A stretch of DNA of 64,000 bases from the human T2T-CHM13v2.0 reference genome, Homo sapiens: the NCBI RefSeq assembly GCF_009914755.1, contig NC_060930.1, one strand, 5' to 3'. Made by a program: the position numbers and the translations under genes. The notes beneath the pieces were generated by a model that searched no databases, had not been told where the DNA came from, and saw nothing but the letters and a program-made list of their open reading frames with translations. This document shows positions 14,207 to 29,379 of the stretch, piece by piece (position 1 is the stretch's first letter; each line of letters begins with the position of its first letter).

Positions 14207-15273
14207 GTAACTGGATACAAAGTCAGCTCTTAAAATCCAGATTTTAAAGGAAAGATTTGCACTCCTGGCATAAAGCAGGGTGGACAATGAGTTTGATTTT
14301 AACCCAGTGAGATTGAGGTGGAGATGGTACATCCACCTGAAGTTTATCAGGGAAGGCAGCACTAGAAATGCAAATGACTGTTGGTATTGGAAAGACAGCC
14401 AAAGAAGAGAGGATAGGCAGAGAAAAGCACTGAAAACAGAATCTTAGGGGAACCTTAAACTAAGAGGTCATGAAAGATGTCAGAGATGACAGAGAAAGAG
14501 CAATTGGGGAAATAACTGATTCATTAGAATAGAGAATAATGGAAACCAAGGAAATGATATCAGGAGTAGTCAGTGAAACTAAGTGCTGTGGAGAAATTAA
14601 GGGATCCAAGGACTGAGAACAGACACTGGATTAGGAAGAGTGTTTTACTGGTTGCTAATTACTAGTGATGTTTCAAAGAACAGAGTCAAGTTTCAGAAGT
14701 AATGACTGCTGCCACATGCCTGAAAACCCTAGAGAAAGCTCTCTCATCATCTTTCAAGGCAAAATTCTAGATGACTCTCTGCTTTATCTTCAATGATATA
14801 TTTGATGACGTATCCCTGTTGCAAATACAAGTGTCAAAAAAAGCAAAGTAAAAGGAGTATGTGTCTCCATTTCTCACTCTTCAATATGGGATTCTAGAAG
14901 GAAGCTATCAGGCTACTTATTATCATTTGCCTCTAACAGACAAAATGACTAATGCATTTGGAGATGTTCAGATTATTTAGAAAGTCAGCCATAAAATGAT
15001 AAAGAAAGGGCAGACCCCCTAAAATGCTATTCAACGGCCTTGTCCCCTATTCATTATATTGAACCATACTCACACAGGCTTAGTATAAAGTTCTAAGTAA
15101 CTTGTAGGACTTCATCAAAGGGTTTTTATTTAATCATATCACAGTTCACAGGTTAATATTTTGAAAGAATATGGAAAATTAGTAATTATATCAAGTTAAT
15201 ATCACAGTATTTACCAAATATTTTTTGGTGAAGTTGAATTAGGATCTAATTAAGAAATTGTGGGTTTACATAC

Positions 15274-15381
15274 CTGTGGTACCCATCTGGAAGACACAAA
15301 GCTAGTCACTTCTATTACAGACAAGCCAGTTTGGGAAAGTCGATTGATAAATTCAATTTTTATATCTGTAGGAACTATAAC
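15274..15381 (-). CDS. HMGCLL1: HMGCLL1 coding exon (36 aa, [36 protein letters not shown])
   Basis: Acceptor ttttgttttcatag|GTT and donor CAG|gtatgt. 108 nt, phase 0-0. SFVS..WVPQ motif shared with HMGCL. 223-nt intron separates it from the previous exon. Confidence 0.97.
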
Positions 15382-15604
15382 CTATGAAAACAAAAAATAT
15401 TTTATAAGTAAATTGTATAGGTCCTATTTAAGCACAAACAGAAAATTACTTCCTAAGTCAAAGTGAGTATTATTTGTAATTTACAAATTCAAGTAGCAAT
15501 TGAGAAAAAATATAATCAGATAACATATGAAATCCATGTAAATCTTTACAATCTTAAATTTATTAATTTGTAGACAGCATTTGAAGTAAATGATGTAAAA
15601 CTAC

Positions 15605-15685
15605 CTTTTCATTCTGCAATCCATCCCTAGGCCCAACTTCTACTATTTTAACAAACTCAGGGAGTCCAGATAACTGGGATGTTTC
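15605..15685 (-). CDS. HMGCLL1: HMGCLL1 coding exon (27 aa, ETSQLSGLPEFVKIVEVGPRDGLQNEK) with the DRE-TIM metallolyase R-D-G-x-Q motif
   Basis: Acceptor ttttgcatttcag|GAA and donor AAG|gtagtt. 81 nt, phase 0-0. EVGPRDGLQNE is the HMG-CoA lyase active-site motif. Confidence 0.97.
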
Positions 15686-16042
15686 CTGAAATGCAAAATG
15701 TAAGAACAAGATAACGTAACTTTTAGATTGTTACATTTGCTTATTTGAAAAGTTAAACAACTGCACTTTGTTATACTCTTACCCCAGAGAATTAAAATAC
15801 TGAAAAATCAATACAATGATATCATGAAAATGCACTATTTATATTACTTGCAACATGAAGTATTTTTTCCTTATAACCAAGTGATATTTAGTCTAGTTAT
15901 GATTAAAATTCAAAAGATTAATTTATAAAATATAATTGAAGAATAATTGATTTACTCAGGACCTAAAGATCAAATCTGTTGGGTGATTCCGCATATGACA
16001 ATAAACTAACTACTGTTAGAGTTCATTTAAAAATTACATCTT

Positions 16043-16847
<805 letters not shown>

Positions 16848-17129
16848 GCCAGCACTTTGGAAGGCCAAGGCATATTTGCTTGAGCCCAGGAGTTTGAGAC
16901 CAGCCAGGGCAACATAGTGAAACCTCATCTCTCTTAAAAAAAACAAAAAATCAAAAATTAGTCAGGCGTGATGGGGGTGGTGTATCCTAAAGTCCCAGCT
17001 ACTCCACTTGGAAGGCTGAGGTGGGAAGATTGCTTGAGTCCAGGGGATCAAGGCTGCAGTGAGCAGTGGTTGTGCCACTGCATTCCAGCCTGGGTGACGC
17101 AATTAGACCCTGTCTAAATAAATAAATAA
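16848..17129 (+). mobile_element. AluJ-family SINE lacking its first bases
   Basis: AluJ diagnostics 'gcttgagcccaggagtttgagaccagcc' and 'caaggctgcagtgagc'; (TAAA)n tail. Confidence 0.9.
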
Positions 17130-19149
17130 CTCTTTAAGTTAAAAGACTATTTCTACTTCCATGAAGAGGTATACAGGATGCCACCCTCTCTACCTTGAAC
17201 TTGAATATGAATTTGGTTTTGGGAATTGGGCCCAGAAAACTGAGGCTAGAAAAGACAATTTGCTGCTTATTTTTTCTCTAGGTCACACAGCACAGCTACC
17301 ACCTAAGTGTCGCTCCCTGAAAGACAGACCTATTCCTAGTGGAACCTATACCACAATAACCCACTGGGAGCAGCCTAGCTCCAGCCAAATGTAACAAACC
17401 CCTTGTTCTACCTTTTGCTAAAATCTGAGATGGCAAATGGTCTGGTTTCTGAAACCTCTGGTTTCAGACTAGGTACCATGGATCTAGTTTAGAAGATATA
17501 TTTGCCTTCTAAATATGCCCATTTAGAAGGCTGTTATTTAAAATCGGGGGAAAACGAAACAGCCTTTGAAATTGTATATTGCAGTTAAAGTCAGAAGCAT
17601 ACTCCATCTTTCCAGACTGTACCAACATAATCTCTTGGTACCTCTGAGCCGAGTTAAGTTTGGGTAACCCATATTCAAGTTCTTTAAGTGGATAGTTGAC
17701 AGAATCAGCCCAGAACCACAGAACCTGTACTTCAAAAGTTTTTGTTTGCTTGTTTTTGCCTTTTATCAGGAATGATGAATTCAAGCCAACCAGTTTATAT
17801 TGTCACACTCTGTCCTTGTAAAAATTAAAGCATACATGGGTAAGGTGGCTGTTTTGAATGCAGAGCCAAATTCAAGTCTGTGGAACAAAAAATATTCAAA
17901 GGCCATTTTTAGGGTCCAGAGCTGTTATTGGTTTTATCAGCATTCTGAGCTATCAGCAAAAGAACCCAGATGGTCCCCATTACAATGTTTACAGACCACT
18001 CTCTACAATTTCCATGAAATTAGTCAATTCAATAAGCAAAAAAAGCAACCTAGAAGAAAAAGAATTTTCTTTTCTGCATTTTCTGTGCAGGTTGTGATGC
18101 ATGAAGTTAACCTGAGAGAGTGGAGGGATGAGAGGAAGGCCTGGGGTTCCTCAGCTTTAAACTCCATTTGGATGACAACATGAAATCATGCCTGATTTAC
18201 AAGATGCCTATAATTCCAACAGAACAATAAATAAAATATATGACATGGGAAGGTGAAGTAAATAAGAAAAGCTCACTCTTCTTTCTTATTACCTCTAGTC
18301 TTCAGTTGGCAGGAATGAAACAAAAACAAAACTAGGCAATCTTAAGCCATGTGGTCTCATTATCACTGATTGTTTCTTGAAACTGCATTTCAACAACAAT
18401 TAGCTTGGCACATACATGGCAGAAGAGTTTTCTTTTACTCAATGACAATGTTTGCCAAAAAAAAAAAAAAGAAGAAGAAAAAGAAAGGTACGTAGTGTTT
18501 TTTAAGGTAATAACCATATGCCTCCTGAATACAGTTGAAGAATTGAGGACCTTTCTTTGCATCAATGTATTGTAGCTGGCATTATTAACAAGTAATCTGA
18601 AGAAATTAAATCACCGATTATTAACAATTATGGCCATTTCAATCAAAGCAGAATATGTGTTCACTTGACATTGTTTTTGATTCCTCTTGAATCTAATGTT
18701 ACTATTTAGTCTTTCTAGACTATCTGAATTAAGCCAGTGACAGAAGTGACAGAAGAAATTATCCAATATGATCAACAAGTAATTATTGAGTACAGTCCAT
18801 ATGTCATGCATTGGGCTGGGGCTGGTATATGCCAACTTAGAGCCAGTAATAAATGGTCCAATTATATATAAGTGTAAGATAGAAGGTAAGGAACAGCATG
18901 TACTGGGGAATATCTGGGGAGAAATATGTTCTGGTGGGGAGATAATGAGCTTATTTTTGAATTATTGAATTCTACGTGCTTGTATAACATTTAGTTGGAT
19001 TTGCCTACTAGGCATTGTTTGTGCATATCTAAGCTCATTAGAAAAAAAAAGTCAATACAGAGATAGTAATGCTCAGGAAGAGACTAAAGATCAGTAAGAG
19101 AGGGCTCTTAAATCACACATAGTCAACAAGTATGAAAGGCAACCCATTT

Positions 19150-19413
19150 AAAAATGAGAAACTAGAGGATGACCAGGTAACACCAGCATATGCAATGGCT
19201 CACACTGCAGGAGCTGCACTTGGGGAACCTCAGAATTTCATAATGGGCTGTAGGCATACCTGCCCTTTGCCTTAGAGAGAGATACTATCTCTCTTTCTAT
19301 GGCTGTTTGCTAGACAAACATTCTTGAAAAGATATTCTCAAAGAAAGGCAATCAGTGCCTTGCTAATAAAACATGCAGATAAGCAAGGGTTCCATAAAAA
19401 TTGTTCCTCAATA
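19150..19413 (-). mobile_element. Old ERVL-class LTR fragment (MER68/76/77-like; family uncertain)
   Basis: Reverse complement resembles a recalled LTR 5' end (...aggcactgattgcctttc...tatcttttcaagaatgtttgtctagcaaacagcc...agatagtatctc...gcaaagggcagg). Confidence 0.45.
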
Positions 19414-22400
19414 CTATTATTAACTCCATTAATATCCAATTATTTTCAACAAAATTTTTATTGATTTTATTGATTTTATTGATCATCCAAGATTCAATTT
19501 GTCATCTACTCAAGAGACTTCTGACTTCCGCAGATGGAATTAAGTTATTTCATTTCTGTATTTTCATAACGTTTTGTAGAAGCCTATTTTAAAGCATATC
19601 TATGAGTACTTCTTTGCTTGCCTGTTTCTCCTTTTTTATTAAAACCCTCAGAGTTATCAAAATGGATACATAATAAGCACTTGATCAATGTTTGACTAAA
19701 TGAATGAATAAAATTTGGACAAGTAAAATTGAACATTCTTTTAGCTAACACATGCTAAGTAGCATTATTATAGTTATTGGGTATAGGAGGTGAATCATTC
19801 AACCAAAACTCCTGCCCATAACTAGCTTACATTTTAGTGCTATAGAGATCTGGAAGCAACTGTGAGGCAGGGATGGGGAGGGACACTTTTCTTACATACT
19901 GAATATATGAAAATTAACGAATGACTTGTAAGTTACAAGGAATTGTGTTGCATTTTAATGTAGTCTGGAGAAGTTAGAAACATACTTCTTAAACAGGCCA
20001 ATAGTCTAAAAATTTATTTTTATAGCATTTAATGTCCTACATTACAGAGCTCAGTATATCCTGTTTAATGTGCAGTGTAGTATATGATACTAGCGAAAAA
20101 ACAAAAGATGTTTTATCCAGAGTGAATGTTTCAAAAGGCTATGTTTTATGGCTGAGCGTATGCCCACGTTTGGCATCAGATTTCTAATGGTTCACTTTCA
20201 TAGAGTAACAATAAAAGAAATACTATCTTGAATTTATATGTTACTTTACTTTTCCAAAGAACTTTTCTATCTGCGTTTCATCTGTGAAGCTACTCTGTGA
20301 GGTAGGCAGACCTGAAAGAGATTAAATGACTTCCTAAGTTTACCCAGCTAAGCTCCCTGGCTCTTATTCTAGTTTTCTTTAGGTTAAGATTAAATACATC
20401 ACCAACTATTGAGTTATGGTTGAAGAAAATAATAATGAATCATTCTTTTATACAGAACATAAGTAATGTGCTTCACTCACATTTTTCAATCTTACATAAA
20501 ATTAAATGGAAGGCATATTTTGATGGGGATTTCTCTGAAATATTTAGAGTGTGTGTGGGTGTATGCCAGCGTGTGTATGCTTGTGTGTAGCACACACATT
20601 TCTCAGCAGTAATAATGGATGACTTCTATATATACAATCAACCCTTCTAATGGTAATAGATATGATTGCTTATTAGTCACCCTACAAGTACTGCTTTTTT
20701 TTCCCCTAGGAAAATAACATCATCTATACTAGAAATTTCCAGACATATTTGCTTATGTTTCATGCGCTTCATTTCTTGAGAAGTATTTTTTTGTGTAAAT
20801 AAGGTCTTTATGAATATTGAAATATTGTTTCATAGCCAGTATTCCCAAGAACTGCTATGATGTTCCAATCAAATGTTCCTATTACACAGATCAGAGGGCT
20901 GAATCAGGAAATTGTGTGACTTTCTTTCAAAATTAAATTAGGCTTTTTAAGGGGGCATTAGAGATCAGCTTTTCCAAGAAAATCTATTTTTGTTGTCTCA
21001 TTTGAAATATGCACATGGTGCATTTTGTGGTAATGTTAAACTCTCCACATTCTGCTATTTATTGCTTTTTAGATATTAATTTCTGTTTTAATCAAATATA
21101 ATGAGAAATACAAACTATTATCATTTATATAGCAGATATCCATAGAAACCTTGATCATCCAGAGCAATCAAAAGACATTTCTCTTCCTGGGTATCTCTCT
21201 AGAATGGAAAGGTGACTCAACAAAGCTGATAGTGAAACTGTTCTTTCAGAATACCTATGTGCCAACGTTGATTCACAGGCAATCTTTGGCAGTTTAATAA
21301 AAATTTATTTGTAACCATGCAAAAATAAGTTTGTAATGTACTATTATGTCATCTAAGACTCAATAAACAATATGTCTTAACTTACTACATCAAAAAGTAA
21401 AGGAAGGTATCTGCTTACTTTTTAGCAGTTTTTGAACAGCCAGAAGAGAAGTGGAGAATTGTGCTACACTTTGTTTTCAACAGCCTTCAGTAAAAGCTTT
21501 AGGAGAGATTAAAAACAAGATCTAGAAATGATAAAAGCCCTCTCTGTATATGTATCCTAATATTAACTCTTGGAACTCAATGGAAAATCAGTACAGAGTA
21601 TCAGTGTGGACATACAGCATAAATAAATACAAGTTTCTCCTGGAAATATATACATTATATACATTTCATGAACACTTGAATCAATCAAGAGTAGTTACAA
21701 AAAAGCAAAAGAAAATTATACAAGGGGCATTTGCCACATATGACAGATTGAAATGTAGTAGAAAGATGGACAAGGTAAGATCATCTAAAATTGTTTATTC
21801 AAATTTTTAAAATGAGGTTTTTAGCATCTTTACCATATGTGTTCACTTACTACTTAAATAAATTCCATTTTTTTAAAAGTAGCTTGAGCAATAAATGCAG
21901 CCAGGTGTTTAATATTCATCAATTAATTATTGTTTTAATATAAAACTACATTATGAATAAAACAAACTATGAAAGAGGAAATAGAAAATATGAGATTAAA
22001 ATAGATAATAGTAAGTAGATTAGAGAATATTAAGTAATAGAGAAAATGAAGAATATTAAGTTTATAAAACATGGATAGTAACAAAATAATAGAAAAAACA
22101 AAAATGAGACAAAGTACATGTAAGAAGAAAAAAATCAAAGAAATCAAGAATAGGAATTTTTAATGCAAGAATTTAATAAAGCATTAAAATAATTCAAAAC
22201 AGAAAAACTTCTATGAATTGATAGAGCACAAGATGCTGTAAACATGATAATGCTTCTTTAAATGGTGGCTGTTATTTACATTATTTATTTTAATAAATAA
22301 AATTATTTATTCTTGTATTCATGGCAATTTAACATTGAAACAAAATAAACTATGAAAAATAGCCAACATGACCTATAGGTGTTTCATTACAATTAACAAT

Positions 22401-22615
22401 CATTATTGCTATATTGAAGGTTAAGATAGTAATAAAAGTGTTACTTTGAAAATCAAAAGGAAATGTTTGACTTCAAATATTTTATATAGAAAATTTCTTC
22501 TCCTTAGTGTCTTCACCAACAAAATTTGTTTGATCTCACACTCTCCCACCTTGCTGTCAGTCCCAAAATTTATTTTGAAAACTACGAAAATTGTTTTTGC
22601 TCCCTGCAAATACAG

Positions 22616-22617
<2 letters not shown>

Positions 22618-22658
<41 letters not shown>

Positions 22659-22666
22659 TGTGTGTA
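22618..22666. repeat. (TG)n microsatellite
   Basis: About 20 perfect GT units plus a degenerate end. Confidence 0.97.
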
Positions 22667-23479
22667 TTTGGTAAAGCTTAATTTTCTGGGATAAAATTGT
22701 GATATGCCAAGTTTCCTCATGGAAATATTTTCTGGGATGATACATTTCTGAAAACTACGGTTTATAATAGAAAATGAAACTATTCATATTAAGCCAGTTA
22801 TACCAGCAGCATGTCCTGATAGCCACAAAGTTGAAGGAAACTATTAAAATGCATAAATTGTCAGAGTTTTCAAGTTCAAACTCCTAAGATGGCATAGCAG
22901 TGTGTTAGCTGAGGACACTTGGTTTAATATTTAGCTAAGAAGACATAATTCATCATTCTAAATAGTTATTTTAATTGAGGCTGTTATTATTTATAAAAAG
23001 CAATCAAATTTCATTACTTTTTTTTTGTTATGCCATATTGATTATATAACAATGTCAAATTGGGAAATCACATCAGTGATGTGCTATGAGTTTTCAGCTT
23101 TATAATACACTCTATTAAGCACAGTAAGACTACTCAGTCATCCACACAGTCATCAACCCAAATCCATTCAAACTTCAAATAAAAATTTTCAGATATTAAT
23201 GAAACTTCCATCAAAATACAGCTTTATGTAATGTTTCTTTTCTGATTGGCAAAAATAAAAATGAGCATTTGCGTGACTACAGACACACAACAAAAATTCT
23301 CAGAAAACAACAATCTATGGTCCCTTATACTTCTTGATACGTGAACAGTGTTTTATATTTGTTGGAGATGAATTATTGAGTGCTAAAGGTGGCAGAAGGG
23401 GTTGAGAAAAATGTTACCATATCCTAGTGAAGTTAGGTGAAATCTATACCTTTGGAAATTTTTATTTCTGATTAATAGA

Positions 23480-25270
23480 CTACAGCGGATGTTGTGAGAT
23501 GTTGCTCAGGTACTCCTAGGGTGGAGAAATTCTCAGAAACTAAAGTTTTGGCAGCTGATGGCATTTCACTGGGCCCCTTTTCTGTAATCACCCTCAGCTA
23601 CAGCGCCACTTTATCCAAGGTCATGCCCCCATCCTAACTGGAAAGGCCATATCAGCTCCTGGGATTCCTGTGTGACTCACTGAAGCCTCTGTTGTGAGTA
23701 CATCATAGTTCAACTTATTCTTCTACCTAGTTTTATATCCTTTACTTCCCCACAGTTATTGAATCCAATGGCAATAACGTCCCGCAAACAAATCCTTGTC
23801 CAGGAGACTGTTCCCAGGGAACCAGACCTAAGAAAATTAGTGCCAGGAGTGAACTGAGGAAGTGGTCTCCAAAATGGGATTTGGGAGCTAGATGAGTTGC
23901 TGGTTAATTTTCAGTTATTTCATATTCTTCAAAGTAGGTGGGATATTGCTACTCCCTGGCAACCTGCAGCAGTGTAATTATTAACATATTCACTCGTTCT
24001 CATTCAGGACAATTTTGCACCCCAAGGGACACCCGGCAATGTCTGGAGAAATTTTGGTTGTCAAAATTGCTGGGCACTACTGGCATCTAGTAGGGTAAAA
24101 ATCTTACAATGCACAAGACAGGACTCCACAACAAAGAAGACATCCAAAATCCATAGTGTTAAGGTTAAGCCATCCTGACCTATACAATAAAAATTAATGA
24201 AGGCTATAGCTCATCAATTAGCTTTGGTTAGCTGCTTCAATGTAAAAGTCATGATCCCTTGCCTAGTCTATACATCTTAGCCAATTTTCAGACCAAAAAA
24301 AAAAAAAAAAACCACAAGTGACTGAAGCAGCAGCCAGATGTTTATGATGAGGACCTTGTAATACTAAGAGAACTATATAAAGTAATTCATATAATCTTTC
24401 CCCAAAGAGATCTATAGGCATTCATTTGAGTAAATTTACACTGGGTAAAGAAGAATACCAAAAATTTCAGATTCTTGGATACAAGGTTCAATTTGACAAT
24501 GACACTTGGAGACCCAAAGTATCATTATATCCCCATTGTTAAAATGAGAAATAGGAGGACCACATAATAAGTGGAGTCCTGGGTCCTTATTCCCTGTGGT
24601 TATTTCTCAGTCCCTGAGTATATAATTGGAAATAACATATTTAGTATTAGGAACAGGCCTTACTGCATCTTAGTTCCTTGACTTGTAATGTAAGAGCTAT
24701 TGTAACAAGGAAGGGCAAGTAGAAGCTTCTGAAATCTCTCCCTCCTCTCCTTCAGCTGAAATAGTAAAAAAAGAAAAAGAAGAGGAAGGGAAAGGAGGGG
24801 GAGGAGAAGAAGAAAGCATATTAGGTGAGCCAGCAGAGATTATTACCATCCTCAAGAATCTAAAGAAAGTAAAAGATACAGGGGTGATGGCCTCATCAGC
24901 AACCCCCTCTAATCACCAGTACAGCCTCTACCCAAACCAGAAAGATGTTATGATTTTGGAGGATGACACTAAGCTACCATAAATAAACCCCAATTGTAGC
25001 TTCTGTCCCAGTTGCAGTATTTTTGCAAAAGCAAATTAACACTGCCTTATTTAAATGGTATGCAGCCTCCAATGGATGAAAGCTTTCTTTTCTGTACCTG
25101 AAAGAAAAAACAGCATTAAAATTCCAATTTGCTTGGGACAGACAACAGCAGATTTTATAGAATTCTCTCAGTGCTATATTCATTCACCTATTGTCTGTCA
25201 TAATATATTTCAAAGGGACCTGAAATAGCTGGACATTCTGCAGAACATCACATTGATCCACTGTATCAAG
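23480..25270 (+). mobile_element. ERVL remnant: LTR16-like LTR (to about 23833) plus internal pro/pol fragments
   Basis: LTR end 'ctgttcccagggaaccagacctaaga'; frameshifted FLDT/GS protease motif near 24472-24490; RT-like DILQNITLIHCI near 25232-25267. Confidence 0.7.
23990..24178. mobile_element. MER20 DNA transposon within the ERVL remnant
   Basis: MER20 core 'ggcaatgtctggagaaattttggttgtca...ctactggcatctagtagg...tacaatgcacaagacag'. Confidence 0.8.
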
Positions 25271-26084
25271 ACTGACCAAAGTTCTAACTATATGAAAGGA
25301 AACTCAATTAAAATGAATTAATAAATTATAAAAGTAATTTAAGGGGCATTTTAAAAAAATGCAGGGATCCAAAAACAAACAAACACACACAAAAAAGATA
25401 AATGATTGCTGAATACTCATTACAGAATCTAAAGTCTCAAATAGACAACCCCATAGTGATCTATCTCTGTAGGGCATATACATGTAGCATAGAGATTTAA
25501 AATCCTAAACATGAATGCTACCAGTCCTCCATTTCAAACTCGGGACAGACAATAGTAATTCAATATGGCAGTTTTTCACAATGAGTACAGGTGCATCTTC
25601 TAGGCATTCTCAATAGAGCTACCTACTCCAGTATCTGCTATCCAGGTAGAAACTATTATCTAAATTCAGGTATCTACTATCAATGATTGACTCTATTCTG
25701 CAATAAAAAATACATTTTCCATCCCTAGTATAGTGAAAAATTCTATTACCACTCTGTACCTCATTTACTCATCTATAAAAAATGGAGGTTACAATAGCTA
25801 AAAACAGTTGTGGTAAAGCCACATATAGTGCTGTATGTATATATGTGATGACCATTATACAAATAATAGGTACAGAAAATTATTTTTTGTTTATTTATTC
25901 ATCCACTTACTACTGAGTGGACATTTAACATGTGTAGGACCCTGTGCTAGAATTTGGTCAAAGAAAGCCTATTTGGATACAGAGACTAATTTTGAAGGAG
26001 ATACCCTAGTTAAAATATTCCTAAAATAAAGCATTAGTTTATTTAGCAGCTGTGTTTCCAATAGCTCTACTGAAGGAAATCTTA

Positions 26085-26759
<675 letters not shown>

Positions 26760-26829
26760 CTAGAGACAAACAATCTAGCTCTATCATGTACTGATGAGAA
26801 AACATGAGAAAATAATGTAGTCTTCCTCA

Positions 26830-26955
26830 TTCTCCTCTGTTAAAAGTGGGAATAATAATAGCATTTAGCCCATAAGTCTGTTTTAAGGATTAAATGAGAA
26901 TGTGTATATAAAGCATTAGCACATTGATGAGTTAATACTTCATCAATGTTTGTTG
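26830..26955 (+). mobile_element. MIR fragment
   Basis: MIR core 'tctcctctgttaaaagtgggaataataatag...aaggattaaatgagaatgtgtatataaagcattagcac'. Confidence 0.75.
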
Positions 26956-28079
26956 CTTCCCTTTTTGTAAGGCTAACTTGAAGACATGGGACATTTTTTT
27001 CTGATATTTTGCAAAAATGGTAACTTAAATTATTCCATTTATCATTTTAAAATATAACTACTTGTTTAAAATTTGCAATGAAAGGAATCATTGTTGATAG
27101 TAGAGCAGATTACCTTACACAGCTCTTGCCACAATCAAAATAATACCTGGAAATTATTCAAGTTCTTTCAGCAAGGAGCTCAAAACACTTTGGAGACATT
27201 ATCCCATTTTGGAACCTGCCAACATTTTTATCCACCTCCAGTGCTGACAACATCAACTCCACCCATCCTGTTCCACTTGGCAATGTCAACCTCAGTTTGA
27301 ACCTTTGAGAGGCAACAGAGGGGCACTCACTTCAACATGAGGATAAATGAGAGCTCGTATTCAAAACCTGGCTCAATAATGCCATAAGTGAATACAGGGG
27401 GCACAGCTAGTTACTTGTTAGAAATGTTTTCATGGAAAAAAATACTAATGTAAAAAGCAAATTAAATACATTAATAATTCTGATTGGCATCATATGCTTA
27501 GAGGCAAGAGTATCAAAAAAGTCCTATCTTCTTCACAAGCTAGGCTTTAATTTCTTCTTTCACCCCAGGGAGTTTCTTTGTAACTTCAAAACATAGTTTT
27601 GGGGTGTAAAAAGATCTAAAATTTTTTAAATTGTGGATCCACTTGCAGAATATGGAGCTGGCAGATGAATAGTTAGACATTCACATCACAGGATAAGGTT
27701 TGAATTGACCTACACCCTCAAGCAAAAGAGACTTCACGATTCCTTTAAGCAACCCAGTTATTCATTTAGCCATCATTCTTGGGGTACATTAGTGATTCTA
27801 ATTGCCACTATAGTTAATTCAATGAAAAAAACTTGACATCAAAATGTATCAGAATTTTCAGAAACCATAATATTTGGGACATTCAAATTATAAGGGCAAT
27901 GAAATATGCTGAGAACAATCCAAGCAGTAGAGGGGGACTTAGGCATTTAGAGGAAGCTATGCCAATACACAGGACCCCTTTAGGCACCATGGCCAGGGAA
28001 GGGGTCCTCCTTGCCCAGGTCTAAGGCGTTTGTTCTAAAACTGATACTTAATCCATTCCTCTACATTCTGTTCTCCCAC

Positions 28080-28870
28080 AGACTTCCTGTTCTTTGGAAA
28101 TACACATGAACTCATCTTTGATTCCTCTCTTCTTCTCATACCCTATATCAGATCTATCAGCAGATCATGTTCTATCTTTAAAATAATTATTTCTTACTTG
28201 GATAACTGCAAGAACATTATAAGCAATCTCTCTACTTCCACTCTTGCCACCTCCTCTGCAAGGCAGAAAGCAGCCTTCCTAATACTTTGAAAACATCAAC
28301 TAAATCACATCACTTCTCTGTTCAATATCCTCTATAACTTTCCATTTCCCTCAGAGAAAAATCCAAAGTCTTTGCCATGGCCCTGGAGGCCCCATGAACT
28401 TACATCTTACCACCTTTATGATGCCTTCTCCCACTCATCCTTTGCCTCTGTTGAAGCCACACTGAATTATTTGCCATTTCTTGAACACCTGAGCATTTGC
28501 ATTTGCCCCTGTTGGACTGTTCTTCCCCTATATATATCTGTGGCTCACTTCCTCACTGCCTACAGGGGCTCTACTCCTTAAAAATACTCCATAAAATATC
28601 AAAAAGTCAACAACAACAACAACAACGATCCCACAACAAAAAGGAAACTCCACTCTCTACTCCCCTTACTCTTTATTATGCTTCTAGCACTCATCATCAG
28701 CATGTTATATATGCATCTATTTGTTTGTCTATTTCCTGTATCTTCTCTTCAACTAAGAGCCCTTTGAGGGCGCTTCATTTTGTTGGGTTCACTGCTGTGT
28801 CCCAATCTTTAGAACCGATCCTGTTGTATAGCACACACTCAGTAAACACTTATGGAATAAATAAATGGGT
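28080..28870 (+). mobile_element. L2 LINE 3' portion
   Basis: Pyrimidine-rich L2 3' region ending 'cacactcagtaaacacttatggaataaataaatg'. Confidence 0.75.
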
Positions 28871-29379
28871 ACAATTCATCCAATCAGATTTCAAAGAAGC
28901 GATGAACTTTTTGTCAGCCACTTAATAAAGGATGTTCATATTCATATTATGGCTTTGAAAACTAACAAGAATTCACTATACATGGTGTGTCTTGACACTC
29001 TGGGGAAGACAAATAGAATCATTATTTGCATATTAGTTATTCAAGGGAAGCCTTCACAAACACTTGGAATGGGAGCTGCATTTGGTGAGGAAATTTCGAC
29101 AAAAGGAAGATTGAATGCCTGGATCACTGCTCTTTTAAACAGTAGGTCCCATGGTCTAACGGAATACACATGTTTCTGTTGTGGGGGTTCTTTTGGGCAG
29201 GATGAGGTAGAGTTGAACATTTCCATTGGTATTACTGGCCATAATAAAGATTTTTGACCCTGAAGGCCAGTATGCAGGATCTTTGCGGGGGTTCCCTAAA
29301 CTGGAAGGAGAAAAGTTGCAATAATTGTTAGCAGCATCAACTTACCTGTGACTATTGATAAGCTATTAAAAAGCTCATC

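Larger units (their letters stand above)
12255..14680 (-). mobile_element. Fragmented L2 LINE interrupted by an L1P 3' end and an MLT1A LTR
   Basis: Reverse-complement L2 3' end (ttgagcacctacttactatgt) near 12290; colinear purine-rich L2-like segments resume after each insertion. Confidence 0.6.

Noticed and set aside
17448-17468. 9-bp perfect hairpin TCTGAAACC-TCT-GGTTTCAGA
   Set aside because: A stem this short is expected by chance in 64 kb, and there is no supporting context.
28497-29257. 142-aa and 130-aa plus-strand ORFs
   Set aside because: The first overlaps decayed L2 and a (CAA)n run; neither shows recognisable homology.
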